Under the pieces are notes generated by a model that had not been told where the DNA came from, ran no database searches, and was given only the letters and a program-made list of their open reading frames with translations. Of a stretch of DNA of 64,000 nt, positions 48,868-58,554 are shown piece by piece (position 1 is the stretch's first letter; every line of letters starts with the position of its first letter). Location of the stretch: assembly GCA_043803205.1 (NCBI GenBank), contig JAZDKG010000073.1, positions 2,129 to 66,128 on the forward strand. The letters run 5' to 3'. A program made the position numbers and the translations under genes. The DNA comes from Planctomycetota bacterium. Its GTDB lineage: Bacteria; Planctomycetota; DG-23; JAZDKG01.

Positions 48868-50145
48868 GTGATCGCCAACCCTCAGCTCCTCGCAGTCGCG
48901 ATCTTCCTCGTTACCTACCTCTTCATCATCCTCTTCTACCACCGGAAGACTCCGATCCTCTGGGCCGCGGTGGCGCTGCTCCTAGCGCTCCGGATCGAGA
49001 CCGTCGCGCAGGCGCTCGACGCCATCGACTGGAACGTGATCCTGCTCTACTTCGGAATGCTCTTCGTGAGCGAGGTCTTTCTCTATTCGAAGATGCCCGA
49101 CTACCTGGCGACCAGGATCGCTTCCAGAACGCAGAGCGTCCGACTCGCCATGGTGCTCCTGTGCGTTTTCACGGGGGCCCTCTCGATCATGCTGGAGAAC
49201 GTGGCCGTCGTGCTCCTCGTCGCCCCCATCGGGCTCTCAATTGCGAGGAAGTGCGGCATCAGCCCCGTCCTCCTCTTCATCGGGATGGCGGTAAGCTCCA
49301 ATCTCCAGGGCGCCGCCACCCTCATCGGGGACCCGCCGAGCATGCTCTTGGCCGGGTTCGCGAAGATGAATTTCAACGACTTCTTCGTTGTGGCCGGCCG
49401 GCCCAGCATCTTCTTCGCGGTCCAGTTGGCCGCGATCGTCTCGGCGATCGTCCTGTACTTCCTCTTCCGGGACTATGAGCGCCGGATGCCCCCCATCGAG
49501 AAGGAGGAACACGTATCCGTCGTCCCCACGATCCTTGTCGGTCTCCTCGTGGCCGCCCTCGTCGCCGGCTCCTGCATCGATCACGGCTTCGCCTACATGG
49601 CGGGGACGCTGTGCTGTGTGTTTGGCGTGCTCTCTTTCCTTTGGTACCTCTGGCACAGCAGCGCAGCCCAGCTCCGGGACTTCGTGTCGAAGCTCGACTG
49701 GCAGACGGGCCTCTTCCTCATCGGCGTGTTCGTCCTCGTCGAAAGCCTCGCGGTGACGGGCGTCATGAAGGAGATCGCCGACTTCATCCTGCGCGTCGCC
49801 GGGAGCCGACCTGTGTTCGTGTATGTCCTGATCGTCGGGATCTCCGTCCTCGTCAGCGCGTTCGTGGACAACGTCCCCTTCCTCGTCGCGATGCTCCCCG
49901 TGACGGCGATCCTCGTGGAGCGGACGGCGATGAGCCCCTACCTCCTCTACTTCGGGCTCCTTCTCGGCGCCAGCATCGGGGGGAACATCACCCCCATCGG
50001 CGCCTCCGCGAACATCGTGGCGGCAGGCATCATCCGCAAGCAGGGCTATCCCCTCAAGTTCATGGAGTTCGTGCGGGTGGGGTTGCCCTTCACCCTCGCC
50101 TCCATCGGGGCGAGCGCGCTCTTTGTCTGGCTTGTCTTTGGCTGA
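48868..50145 (+). CDS. ArsB/NhaD-superfamily (citrate transporter-like) permease
   Basis: About 11-12 TM helices with the internal repeat typical of the ArsB/NhaD/CitMHS superfamily. GTG start. Confidence 0.7.
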   Translation: MIANPQLLAVAIFLVTYLFIILFYHRKTPILWAAVALLLALRIETVAQALDAIDWNVILLYFGMLFVSEVFLYSKMPDYLATRIASRTQSVRLAMVLLCVFTGALSIMLENVAVVLLVAPIGLSIARKCGISPVLLFIGMAVSSNLQGAATLIGDPPSMLLAGFAKMNFNDFFVVAGRPSIFFAVQLAAIVSAIVLYFLFRDYERRMPPIEKEEHVSVVPTILVGLLVAALVAGSCIDHGFAYMAGTLCCVFGVLSFLWYLWHSSAAQLRDFVSKLDWQTGLFLIGVFVLVESLAVTGVMKEIADFILRVAGSRPVFVYVLIVGISVLVSAFVDNVPFLVAMLPVTAILVERTAMSPYLLYFGLLLGASIGGNITPIGASANIVAAGIIRKQGYPLKFMEFVRVGLPFTLASIGASALFVWLVFG

Positions 50146-50176
50146 ACGAAGCTCGCGTCCTCTCCCCCCCGCAGCC

Positions 50177-52444
50177 TCAGAACCACCGGTCGAGAAGCCG
50201 CCGGATCCCCCCTCCCGCGCGCACCATTACGATCGGCTTGTCCGTGGCCGATGCGATCCGCTCGGCGAGGCCCCTGGCCCGACGCTCGCGCCACGTCGCC
50301 CCTTCCGCCGCCGCCACCACGATCAGGTCCTTCTCCTGCGCCGCCTCCGCGACCGTCCGGACCGCGTTTCGGGTGACGATGTGTCGGGGACGCAGGATGC
50401 GCGCCGATCCGTGGATCTGTTTCGCCGCTTCTTCGAGAAAGGCGCCCAGGTTGAAGGGCGTCTTCCCGGGGGATGCCATCTGGAGCACCTCGATCTTTCC
50501 CTCGTCGGCGTCCGTCAGGGCCGAAGCCACGCGCAGCGCAAGCACGTCGCTGCGTCCCCCCGTGAGGGGCACCAGCACCCGCTTGTAGGGCGCTTCGCCG
50601 CAGCCTCGAAGCACCGCCACGTCGCACGGCGCGCGGTCGAGCACCGGATCGACGGTGCTGCCGAAGATGGACTCCCGCGCCGAGCGTTTGCCCGGCGCGC
50701 CGAGGACGATGAGGTTCGCCTTGCGCTGCCGCGCCTCAGCGAGGATGCCGCGCGCGGCGTTTCGACAATACCGGATGGACGTGTTCACGGGGAAGCGGGC
50801 GCTCAGATACAGCATCGCCTCCATGATCGCTTCCCTCCCCTCCATCGCGTATAGGTGGGCGTCGGAGAGGGGCACTTGGTCGGGCATCGTGATCATGTGT
50901 AGGAGCTCCACCGACGCGCGCTCCGCCTGCGCGAGGCGCACCACGGGAGTCACCATCCGCACCGCGTTCTCCGGGTTGGCGACGGGCATGAGGATGCGAT
51001 AGCCTTCCGCCTTCGGGGCGGGCGCCTCCTCGACCGTGAGGATCTCCTCCCGGATCGGCAGCGCGTGCCGTCGGGCGTAGAGGAGGTAGACCGCGCCGCC
51101 CGCGCCGATCCAGGCGGGCGCAATCACCCAGGCGATCCAGCTCACGTTCACGATGTAGACGGCCAGGACAAGCTGCGCCGCGATCGCCACTATCGGGAGC
51201 GCCGGGAGGAGGGGCATGCGGAACCCATAAACAAGCTCGCTGCCCATCTCGCGCCGTAAACGGATCACGCACAGGTTTGCCAGGAGAAACATGAAGAGAA
51301 ACAGGATGCTCGAACACGACGCCACGTCCATGATGGGCAGGAAGGCGGCCGCCGCAAGCACCGCCGCCGCTGTAAAGCAGAGCGCCACGTGAGGGGTCCT
51401 CCTCCGTTTCGATACCTTCCCGAGAAACGTGGGGAGCATCCCGTCGCGCCCGAGGGCGTAGGAGGCGCGCGTGGCCGAGTAGATGGTCGCGTTGAGCGCG
51501 GAGGTCGCTGAGAAGATCACCGTGATCGTCGCCACCAGTCCGCCGAAAGGCATGAGCTTGGTCATCGCCTCGCCGAAGCCCCTGGGGCCCTGTTTTCCCA
51601 GCCATTCCCAGACGGGCATCCCGACGTCCCTGACACCGGCGATGAGGGCGAACGCGACCACGAGGTACATCGCGATCACGATGAACACGGAGTAGAGTAT
51701 CGCCCGAGGCAGGTTGCGTCGGGGGTCGATCGCCTCGTCGCCAGCGGTGGCGATCACCTCGTACCCCTCGAACGCCACGAACTCGAACCCCATGCACACA
51801 ATGACCGCCGTCCAGCCGTGCGGGAGGAACGGTCGGAAGTTGAGGAGCCTCTCAGGCTCCCGCACCGCGACCACGGCTCCCACGACGGCGATGAAGGCGA
51901 GCGCGATGGTCTGACCGAGGGTGAGCAGGCTTTGCGCCCTTCCCGTCTCCGAGACCCCGCGGTAGTTGATGTAGACGAAGAGCGCCGCGATGAGGATGGC
52001 CGTCACGCGCTCCTGGTACAGGGTGGCGATCGGGACCCACGCGAGGAGCCCCAGTTGACCGAGGTAATGAACGACGTAGATGCCGCAGAGGGCGGCATAC
52101 AGGCTCCCGGCCACCGCGGAAGCGAGCCACGCGATCCAGCCGGCCAGAAACCCCGTGGGTCTCCCGAACGCGATGCGCGAGAAGTTGTAGATGCTCCCCG
52201 CCCGCGGGATGGCGGAGCTCATCTCCGCATACGCCAACGCCGTAAGCAACGCGAGCACCCCGTTGAGCGCGAAGGCGACCATCGTCCCGCCCGGGCCGGC
52301 TAGACGTATGGAGTCCCCCATCCCGAGGACGGCCCCGGCTCCGATCATCATCCCCACGCCCATCATGGTGAGATCGAAGAGCCGGAGCTCCCGGGCGAGT
52401 CCAGTAGGGATTTCAACGGCTGGTGGGGCCGTTCGGTCAGCCAT
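50177..52444 (-). CDS. APC-family amino acid permease fused to two C-terminal universal stress protein (UspA) domains
   Basis: An N-terminal 12-TM APC permease (GAGAVLGMG, FEGYEVIATAGDE) followed by two Usp-like alpha/beta domains (RILMPVANPENA...; RVLVPLTGGRSD...). Confidence 0.8.
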   Translation of the reverse strand: MADRTAPPAVEIPTGLARELRLFDLTMMGVGMMIGAGAVLGMGDSIRLAGPGGTMVAFALNGVLALLTALAYAEMSSAIPRAGSIYNFSRIAFGRPTGFLAGWIAWLASAVAGSLYAALCGIYVVHYLGQLGLLAWVPIATLYQERVTAILIAALFVYINYRGVSETGRAQSLLTLGQTIALAFIAVVGAVVAVREPERLLNFRPFLPHGWTAVIVCMGFEFVAFEGYEVIATAGDEAIDPRRNLPRAILYSVFIVIAMYLVVAFALIAGVRDVGMPVWEWLGKQGPRGFGEAMTKLMPFGGLVATITVIFSATSALNATIYSATRASYALGRDGMLPTFLGKVSKRRRTPHVALCFTAAAVLAAAAFLPIMDVASCSSILFLFMFLLANLCVIRLRREMGSELVYGFRMPLLPALPIVAIAAQLVLAVYIVNVSWIAWVIAPAWIGAGGAVYLLYARRHALPIREEILTVEEAPAPKAEGYRILMPVANPENAVRMVTPVVRLAQAERASVELLHMITMPDQVPLSDAHLYAMEGREAIMEAMLYLSARFPVNTSIRYCRNAARGILAEARQRKANLIVLGAPGKRSARESIFGSTVDPVLDRAPCDVAVLRGCGEAPYKRVLVPLTGGRSDVLALRVASALTDADEGKIEVLQMASPGKTPFNLGAFLEEAAKQIHGSARILRPRHIVTRNAVRTVAEAAQEKDLIVVAAAEGATWRERRARGLAERIASATDKPIVMVRAGGGIRRLLDRWF

Positions 52445-52573
52445 CGCTTCCCGGTTCCTTCCTTGTCGGGATCATTCCGCCTCTGCGCAGGCGGTCATGT
52501 CGGTTGCGTCGTCTCATACATGGAACACTCCGGGGGCGCCCGATCGTCGCGCGCCTCTTCGGCGGACCGCCCG

Positions 52574-53206
52574 TCAGCGTCCGTCTTGGATATTGTATTC
52601 GACCATGACCCCGTAGCCGCCCGCGTCCGTGTCCTCGGGGCGGTACCCCGCGTGGATGGACACGAGCCGGGCCCCCGATCCCAGGTGGAAGCTGATTACC
52701 GGATCGATGAAGCTCCCGTTCTCCGTGCGCGCGGCGACGTATTCCTCGATCGACATCCCCGGGTGCCGGCTGAACCTCCTGGGGCGGGTGATCCCGATGA
52801 TGCGTTGGACGCCCGCCAGTGCCCGCGCGACGGCGATCTCGTGGTCGACGAGCTTCCTGCCGACCCCGAAGCCGCGCACGCCCGGGAGCACGCTCACGCT
52901 CACGAGGTGCAGCACCTCGCCACGGGGGTCGTGCGACCGCGTGAAGCGTCCGCGGTCGGTGAGGATGTCGTAGCGGACGGGGCCGGACGCGAGGAAGTTC
53001 TCGGAGATGCGCTGGCTCGACGCGACGGCGACGACCTCGCCCCCGAGCTCCGCAATCCACTGTCCCTCGGTGTACGTCCGGATCCTGCTGCCGAAGAACT
53101 CGGCCGTCGCCGCCAAGCCGTTGGGCCAACAATACCCCTCGACCTCGGCGAGGATGGCGACCTCGTCGCTTCGTGCATTGCGAATGCGGATCATCTCATC
53201 CGCCAT
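52574..53206 (-). CDS. GNAT family N-acetyltransferase
   Basis: Acetyl-CoA binding motif (VSVLPGVRGFGVGRKLV). The start was chosen at the MADEMIRIRNAR ATG. Confidence 0.7.
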   Translation of the reverse strand: MADEMIRIRNARSDEVAILAEVEGYCWPNGLAATAEFFGSRIRTYTEGQWIAELGGEVVAVASSQRISENFLASGPVRYDILTDRGRFTRSHDPRGEVLHLVSVSVLPGVRGFGVGRKLVDHEIAVARALAGVQRIIGITRPRRFSRHPGMSIEEYVAARTENGSFIDPVISFHLGSGARLVSIHAGYRPEDTDAGGYGVMVEYNIQDGR

Positions 53207-53447
53207 ACACCCCTCCCGCACATACGCCCTTTCCCCATGCCCCGCGCGCTCCTTTGTCCTGGGGCCCCTAACCTTCAACTCATACTAAGCTTACATCATC
53301 GAAACCGTTCTGTCAAAGACGGGTTTGCCCCCGCCTGGCGCTTCCGCCGGGAGCGCGATCGCCTCCCATGGGGAGCTTTCCTTCCCGCGCGGATTCCGGT
53401 AGGATTTGTTCTCCGGGAGCCTTGGGAAGGTGGAGGCGCGGACGGAA

Positions 53448-54512
53448 ATGGAGAAGATGAGGCGGCTGGTCCTTGGGGTGCTCGCGGGTCTCGTGGTTGC
53501 GACGGCGCCGGGGGAGGCGGCGGAGAAGGAGACGACGATGGGCGCGCAGAGGAATCTCAGGGCGTATGCGAACGCGGACGGTCAGCCTGTGGATGGGCTG
53601 GACGACGAAACGGACGACACGAGCGCCCTTCGGGCGGCGCTCTCCGAGGGGCCGGGCGTCGTGTTCGTCCCCGCCGGCTTCTACCGCTGGGGCGACGTCA
53701 CGATCCCGCGGGGAGTGACGCTCGCGGGCGCGGGACGGGCGACCGTGGTGTCTCGCGCCCGAGGGACCAAGCGCGTCTTCGTGCAGGACGCTGTCAACGA
53801 CTGGCGGTTGCGCGACCTGGCGCTTGACGGCGGCGCGTCCCCCTCGGACTGGCGCAGCCGCCAGGACCTCGGCGAGAACGGCCTCGAGGTGTCGGGATGC
53901 ACGGGCTTCGAGATCTCGGGGGTCGTGGCGAACAACTTCCAGGGGGCGGGGATCGTGATCCGGCACACCGCGGCGAGCCCCTATTGCCGGTGGGCGACGG
54001 CCGCAAACGTCTTCAACCTCTCCGCTGGGGGGAACCACACGGGACTCCGACTCGACACGCGGGCGGAGTACATGAACGCGTCGATGCTCACGCTCCAGGG
54101 GAACGTGATCGGATGCACGATCCATGCGGGCAACGCCAAGCTGACGAACTCGACCATCACGAACAACCTGACGGGGATCCTCATCGAGGATCACGACAAC
54201 GGCTCCCATGGGACGATCTCGAACACGCTGGTCAACCACAACCAGGAGTACGCGCTCCTTGCGCGCGACGTCCAGTACGGGATGATGATCGACAACTGCG
54301 CTTTCTTCGGCGGGACGATCGCACTGGAAAACGCGAAGGGCGTGCTCATCTCCTCGAGCATCCTCGCGTGCCACATCCGCACGACGGGGGAGTTGGCGAA
54401 CCGAATCTCCGGAAACTACGTCATCGAGCGCGGCGAAACCTTCGACTTCTCCCCGGCCACGATCGTCGAGGACAACTTCACCGAACACGGGCCCTGGGAG
54501 AAAAACCGCTAA
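53448..54512 (+). CDS. Secreted right-handed parallel beta-helix (pectate-lyase-fold) protein
   Basis: Signal peptide MRRLVLGVLAGLVVATAPGEA. Repeated beta-helix coils with an Asn ladder (NNFQGAGIVI, NVIGCTIHAGNAKLTNSTITNN, GILIEDHDNG). Confidence 0.6.
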   Translation: MEKMRRLVLGVLAGLVVATAPGEAAEKETTMGAQRNLRAYANADGQPVDGLDDETDDTSALRAALSEGPGVVFVPAGFYRWGDVTIPRGVTLAGAGRATVVSRARGTKRVFVQDAVNDWRLRDLALDGGASPSDWRSRQDLGENGLEVSGCTGFEISGVVANNFQGAGIVIRHTAASPYCRWATAANVFNLSAGGNHTGLRLDTRAEYMNASMLTLQGNVIGCTIHAGNAKLTNSTITNNLTGILIEDHDNGSHGTISNTLVNHNQEYALLARDVQYGMMIDNCAFFGGTIALENAKGVLISSSILACHIRTTGELANRISGNYVIERGETFDFSPATIVEDNFTEHGPWEKNR

Positions 54513-54535
54513 GCAGCGAAGGGAGGACCGACGTC

Positions 54536-55960
54536 ATGGGGACGAAGGCGAAGAAACGCGCGTTCATCCACGAGGATTTCCTCCTCGAAGGGGACGCGGC
54601 GCGGAAGCTCTACCACGACCGGGCCGAGGGGTTGGGGATCATCGACTTCCACTGTCATCTTCCGGCGAAGGAGATCGCCGAGGACAGGACCTTCGCCAAT
54701 GTCGCGCAGGCGTGGCTCGCCGGGGATCACTACAAGTGGCGGGCGATGCGCGCGCTCGGGGTGGACGAGCGGTACGTCTCGGGAAGCGCCTCGGACTGGA
54801 TGAAGTTCGCCAAGTGGGCGGAGTCGGTGCCGAAGACGCTGGGGAACCCCCTCTATCACTGGACGCATCTCGAGCTTGCGCGCATCTTCGGGATCCGCGA
54901 CAGGCTCCTTTCGAGCGAGACGGCCAAGGGCATCTGGGAGGAATGTAACGCCGGGCTCGGCCGCCCCGAGATGAGCGTGCGGGGGATCCTGAAAGCGATG
55001 CGCGTCGAGGTGGTATGCACGACGGACGATCCGACCGACAGCCTCGAGTGCCACGAGGCGATGGCGCAGGACCCGACCTTCGCGGTCCGCGTGGTCCCGA
55101 CTTGGCGGCCCGACCGGGGGCTGGCCTTGGAGTGCCCCGAGGCGTGGCAGGCGTGGGTGGAGAAACTCGGGGAGGCGAGCGACGTCGACGTGCGCAGTTA
55201 CGAAACGTTCCTCGGCGCCCTGGCAAAGAGGGTGTCGGTGTTCCATGACGCGGGCTGTCGGGCGAGCGACCACGGGCTCCAGACCCCGTGCGCCGAGGAA
55301 TGCACGGCGAAGGAAGCGGCGGCTGTTTTCCGCAAAGCACGCGGCGGCGGACGGCCGACCGAGGCGGAGGCGCGCCGATTCCGGTCCGCCTTGCTCCGCG
55401 AGCTCGGACTCATGTACCATGAGATGGGATGGGTCCAGCAGCTCCATTTCGGGGCGCTGCGCAACGTCAACTCCCGCATGTTCGAGAAGCTCGGCCCCGA
55501 CGCGGGGTATGATTCCATCGGCGACTTCGAGATCGCCCGGAGTCTCGCGACGATGCTGGACCGGCTCGACCGGGGGGGGAAGCTCCCCAAGACGATCCTC
55601 TATAACCTCAACCCCGCGCACAACGCCTTGCTTGCGACGATGATTGGAAACTTCCAGGACGCGGGCGTCCCCGGAAAGATGCAGTACGGAAGCGCGTGGT
55701 GGTTCCTCGACCAGAAGGACGGGATCGAGGCCCAGCTTTCGACGCTGGCGAACATGGGAGTCCTCAGCACGTTCGTCGGGATGGTGACGGACAGCCGGTC
55801 GTTCCTGTCGTATCCGCGACACGAGTACTTCCGCCGGGTCTTGTGCAATTTCCTCGGGAGACAGATGGACGCGGGCCTCCTCCCAGGGGACTTCGACCTT
55901 GTGGGGGGGATCGTGCGCGACATCTGCCGGGACAACGCGGTGAGGTATTTCGGGTTCTGA
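54536..55960 (+). CDS. uxaC: Glucuronate isomerase
   Basis: N-terminal IIDFHCHL and conserved UxaC blocks throughout. RBS gaagggagg. 474 aa. Confidence 0.9.
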   Translation: MGTKAKKRAFIHEDFLLEGDAARKLYHDRAEGLGIIDFHCHLPAKEIAEDRTFANVAQAWLAGDHYKWRAMRALGVDERYVSGSASDWMKFAKWAESVPKTLGNPLYHWTHLELARIFGIRDRLLSSETAKGIWEECNAGLGRPEMSVRGILKAMRVEVVCTTDDPTDSLECHEAMAQDPTFAVRVVPTWRPDRGLALECPEAWQAWVEKLGEASDVDVRSYETFLGALAKRVSVFHDAGCRASDHGLQTPCAEECTAKEAAAVFRKARGGGRPTEAEARRFRSALLRELGLMYHEMGWVQQLHFGALRNVNSRMFEKLGPDAGYDSIGDFEIARSLATMLDRLDRGGKLPKTILYNLNPAHNALLATMIGNFQDAGVPGKMQYGSAWWFLDQKDGIEAQLSTLANMGVLSTFVGMVTDSRSFLSYPRHEYFRRVLCNFLGRQMDAGLLPGDFDLVGGIVRDICRDNAVRYFGF

Positions 55961-55996
55961 AGAAACCATCGCACGGACGGAGGGTATCGGACCGTC

Positions 55997-57235
55997 GTGG
56001 CAGCGGGTGACGGAAACGGAAGCGAAAGGAGGCCGCTCGGCGTTCACCGCAACGTGATCGCCCTCGGCTTCGTCAGCCTCTTCACGGACGTTTCCACGGA
56101 GATCGTGCGACCGATCCTGCCGGTGTTCCTTACGTCGATCGGGGCGTCGAAGGTTGCGATCGGGCTGGTGGAGGGCGTTGCCGAGAGCCTGTCGAGCTTC
56201 TGGAAGGTCGTGAGCGGCTGGCTTGCGGATAGGTTCCGGCGGAGGAAGCTTCTCACGGGCCTGGGGTACGGGATTTCGGCGGCGGTGAAGCCTTTCTTCG
56301 GTCTCATCACCCACTGGGGGCAGGGGCTCGCCATCCAGGTGGTGGACCGTACCGGGAAGGGACTGCGGACCGCGCCCAGGGACGCGATGATCGCGGACGT
56401 GAGCGAGGACGGGACAAGGGGGAGAAGCTTCGGGATCCACAGGGCCATGGATCAGACGGGGGCGGTGTTGGGACCTCTCGTGGCGGCGGTCCTTCTCAGG
56501 GCGTTCGGGGGGAGCTCGGCAACCGGGGCGGGCGGTGCGGCGGCGATGCTCCCGGCGATGCGAAAGACGCTCTTCTGCGCCGGTATCCCGGGGGCGATTG
56601 CGGTGGCGGTCCTCGTCTTCGCCGTGCGGGAGAAGCGCCGGCGGGAGGAAACGAAAAAGGGGACGAACCTCTCGTGGAGGGGGCTTCCGGGCGGCTTTCG
56701 TGGGTTCGTGCTCGTGATGGCGCTCTTCACGCTCGGGAACTCCAGCAACGCCTTTCTGCTGCTGCGGGCGGGCGACTTCGGGATGCCTTTGCTCTACAAC
56801 GCGTTTCTCCTGTCGCTCTTCAACGTGGTGACGGTGCTGTTCTCGGTGCCGGGAGGCATGCTCTCCGACCGGCTGGGACACAAGAGAGTGCTGTCCCTGG
56901 CGTTCGGGGTCTACGCGGCGAGCTACGTCGGCTTCGCCCTGGCGACGCGTGCCTGGATGATCTGGGCGCTCTTCGCCTTCTACGGGCTCTTTGAGGCGCT
57001 TTCGGGTCCGGCGGAGCGGGCGCTCGTCGGCGACCTCGTCCCGAGCGAGCTCCGCGGACGGGCATACGGGGTGTATCACTTCGCGGTCGGAGTAATGGCC
57101 CTGCCGGCCAGCGTCCTTTTCGGATTCCTGTGGGAGCGCCTCGGGGCGCCCGCGGCGTTCGGCGTGGGGGCGGCCCTTGCCGTGCTGGCGGCGGGACTTC
57201 TTCTCGTGACGGTCCGTGCGGAAACCTCGAGATAG
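55997..57235 (+). CDS. MFS transporter
   Basis: 12 TM helices. The MFS loop motif GWLADRFGRRK-like (WLADRFRRRKLL). Confidence 0.8.
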   Translation: MAAGDGNGSERRPLGVHRNVIALGFVSLFTDVSTEIVRPILPVFLTSIGASKVAIGLVEGVAESLSSFWKVVSGWLADRFRRRKLLTGLGYGISAAVKPFFGLITHWGQGLAIQVVDRTGKGLRTAPRDAMIADVSEDGTRGRSFGIHRAMDQTGAVLGPLVAAVLLRAFGGSSATGAGGAAAMLPAMRKTLFCAGIPGAIAVAVLVFAVREKRRREETKKGTNLSWRGLPGGFRGFVLVMALFTLGNSSNAFLLLRAGDFGMPLLYNAFLLSLFNVVTVLFSVPGGMLSDRLGHKRVLSLAFGVYAASYVGFALATRAWMIWALFAFYGLFEALSGPAERALVGDLVPSELRGRAYGVYHFAVGVMALPASVLFGFLWERLGAPAAFGVGAALAVLAAGLLLVTVRAETSR

Positions 57236-57245
57236 GGCGCTCGAC

Positions 57246-58172
57246 TCAGGGCGGGACCTCGGGGAGGGCGGAGACCCCGTCTGCTGAGGCGGGCCGCTCG
57301 AGCGCGCCCGCCGCCGCCCACATCCATGTGAACTTGAGCGCGAAGACCACCGGCGCGCTGTGCCAGTAGCGTAGAAGCCCGCGGTTCGTCCAGAAAATGC
57401 GCGACGTGACGACGCCCGCGACCGGAACGGCGAGAAGACGCATGAGAAACGGACTGCTGAGAAACGCAGGCGTGCGCAGGAGCTTCGCGTAGCGGAGCCG
57501 CACGCGGATCATCCCCTCAGCGTGGCAGGCGGAATACCGGAAAACTCTCGCCAGCGAAGTGCGCGGCGGATCATGGATGACCACGGCTCTCGGCTCGAAG
57601 TAGATTCGCAGACCCGCCTCCAGGGCCGATAGCGAATGGCACGTGTCCTCGCCGATTTCGTTCTGGGCAGAGAACGGCCCCAGACGACGGATTACGTCCG
57701 CGCGCCAGGCCCAATTCGCCCCTGCGGGGAACGTGATGAAGCCCGCGGGCTTGCCGGCCATGACCTGGTGGAACTCCGCGATGTTGTGGCAGAGCTTGAG
57801 GAAGTTGTCGGTGCGGGTCCAGACGGCTCCGGCGACGATTCCGTGCTTCTCAAGGGCATCCACAAGGGCGGCGATCCAGCCCGGCTCACAGATGCAGTCA
57901 TCGTCGGTGAAGAGAAGGAACTCGCCTCGGGCGGCGGCGATCCCCGCATTGCGCGCCTCCGCGCAGCCGCCCCGCACGCGCCGGATGACGCGCAGCTGCG
58001 GTAAGGTCCGCGCAAACTCCGCGCACCGCGCCGGCGTATCGTCCGTGGAGCCGTCGTCCACGACGATCACCTCGACGGGATAGCGGTCGAAACGTTGTGC
58101 CGCCACGCTCCGCAACACGCGACAGATCATCTCCGCGCGGTTGTAGGTGCGGATGATGACGGAGACGAACAT
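57246..58172 (-). CDS. Glycosyltransferase family 2
   Basis: VSVIIRTYNRAE, VVDDGSTDDT, and a DDD region (FTDDDC), all GT-A fold signatures. Confidence 0.8.
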   Translation of the reverse strand: MFVSVIIRTYNRAEMICRVLRSVAAQRFDRYPVEVIVVDDGSTDDTPARCAEFARTLPQLRVIRRVRGGCAEARNAGIAAARGEFLLFTDDDCICEPGWIAALVDALEKHGIVAGAVWTRTDNFLKLCHNIAEFHQVMAGKPAGFITFPAGANWAWRADVIRRLGPFSAQNEIGEDTCHSLSALEAGLRIYFEPRAVVIHDPPRTSLARVFRYSACHAEGMIRVRLRYAKLLRTPAFLSSPFLMRLLAVPVAGVVTSRIFWTNRGLLRYWHSAPVVFALKFTWMWAAAGALERPASADGVSALPEVPP

Positions 58173-58554
58173 GGGCGGCTCCTCGGTAAGCTCGTGCTCG
58201 GACCGTCGTCACGGTCCGCGAGAACATACATTGTACCACGAAGCGAAAGCGCGGGAGAGGGGGGATTCTGTGCGCCGGGGGATCTTCGCAGAAGCGCGAA
58301 AAGCGCGCTCCCCAGGGCCCCCTGCGCCGAAGTTGCGCGAAGGATCCACGCAAGCAAGCACAAGAACGACGCTTTCCTCGAGCCGCAACCGTCAGCATCG
58401 GCAACCCGCTCCAGCACACGGGCGCGCCGACGTTTTCACCCTGTCAATGGATGGGACTTGCTTCCAGATACCTGCGCCGCAGCCTGCCAGCAAGTCTACA
58501 CAAGCAGTTAGTGCGGGACGTCGCAGCTCTTCCGAATACCCCTCAGCGAATGGC

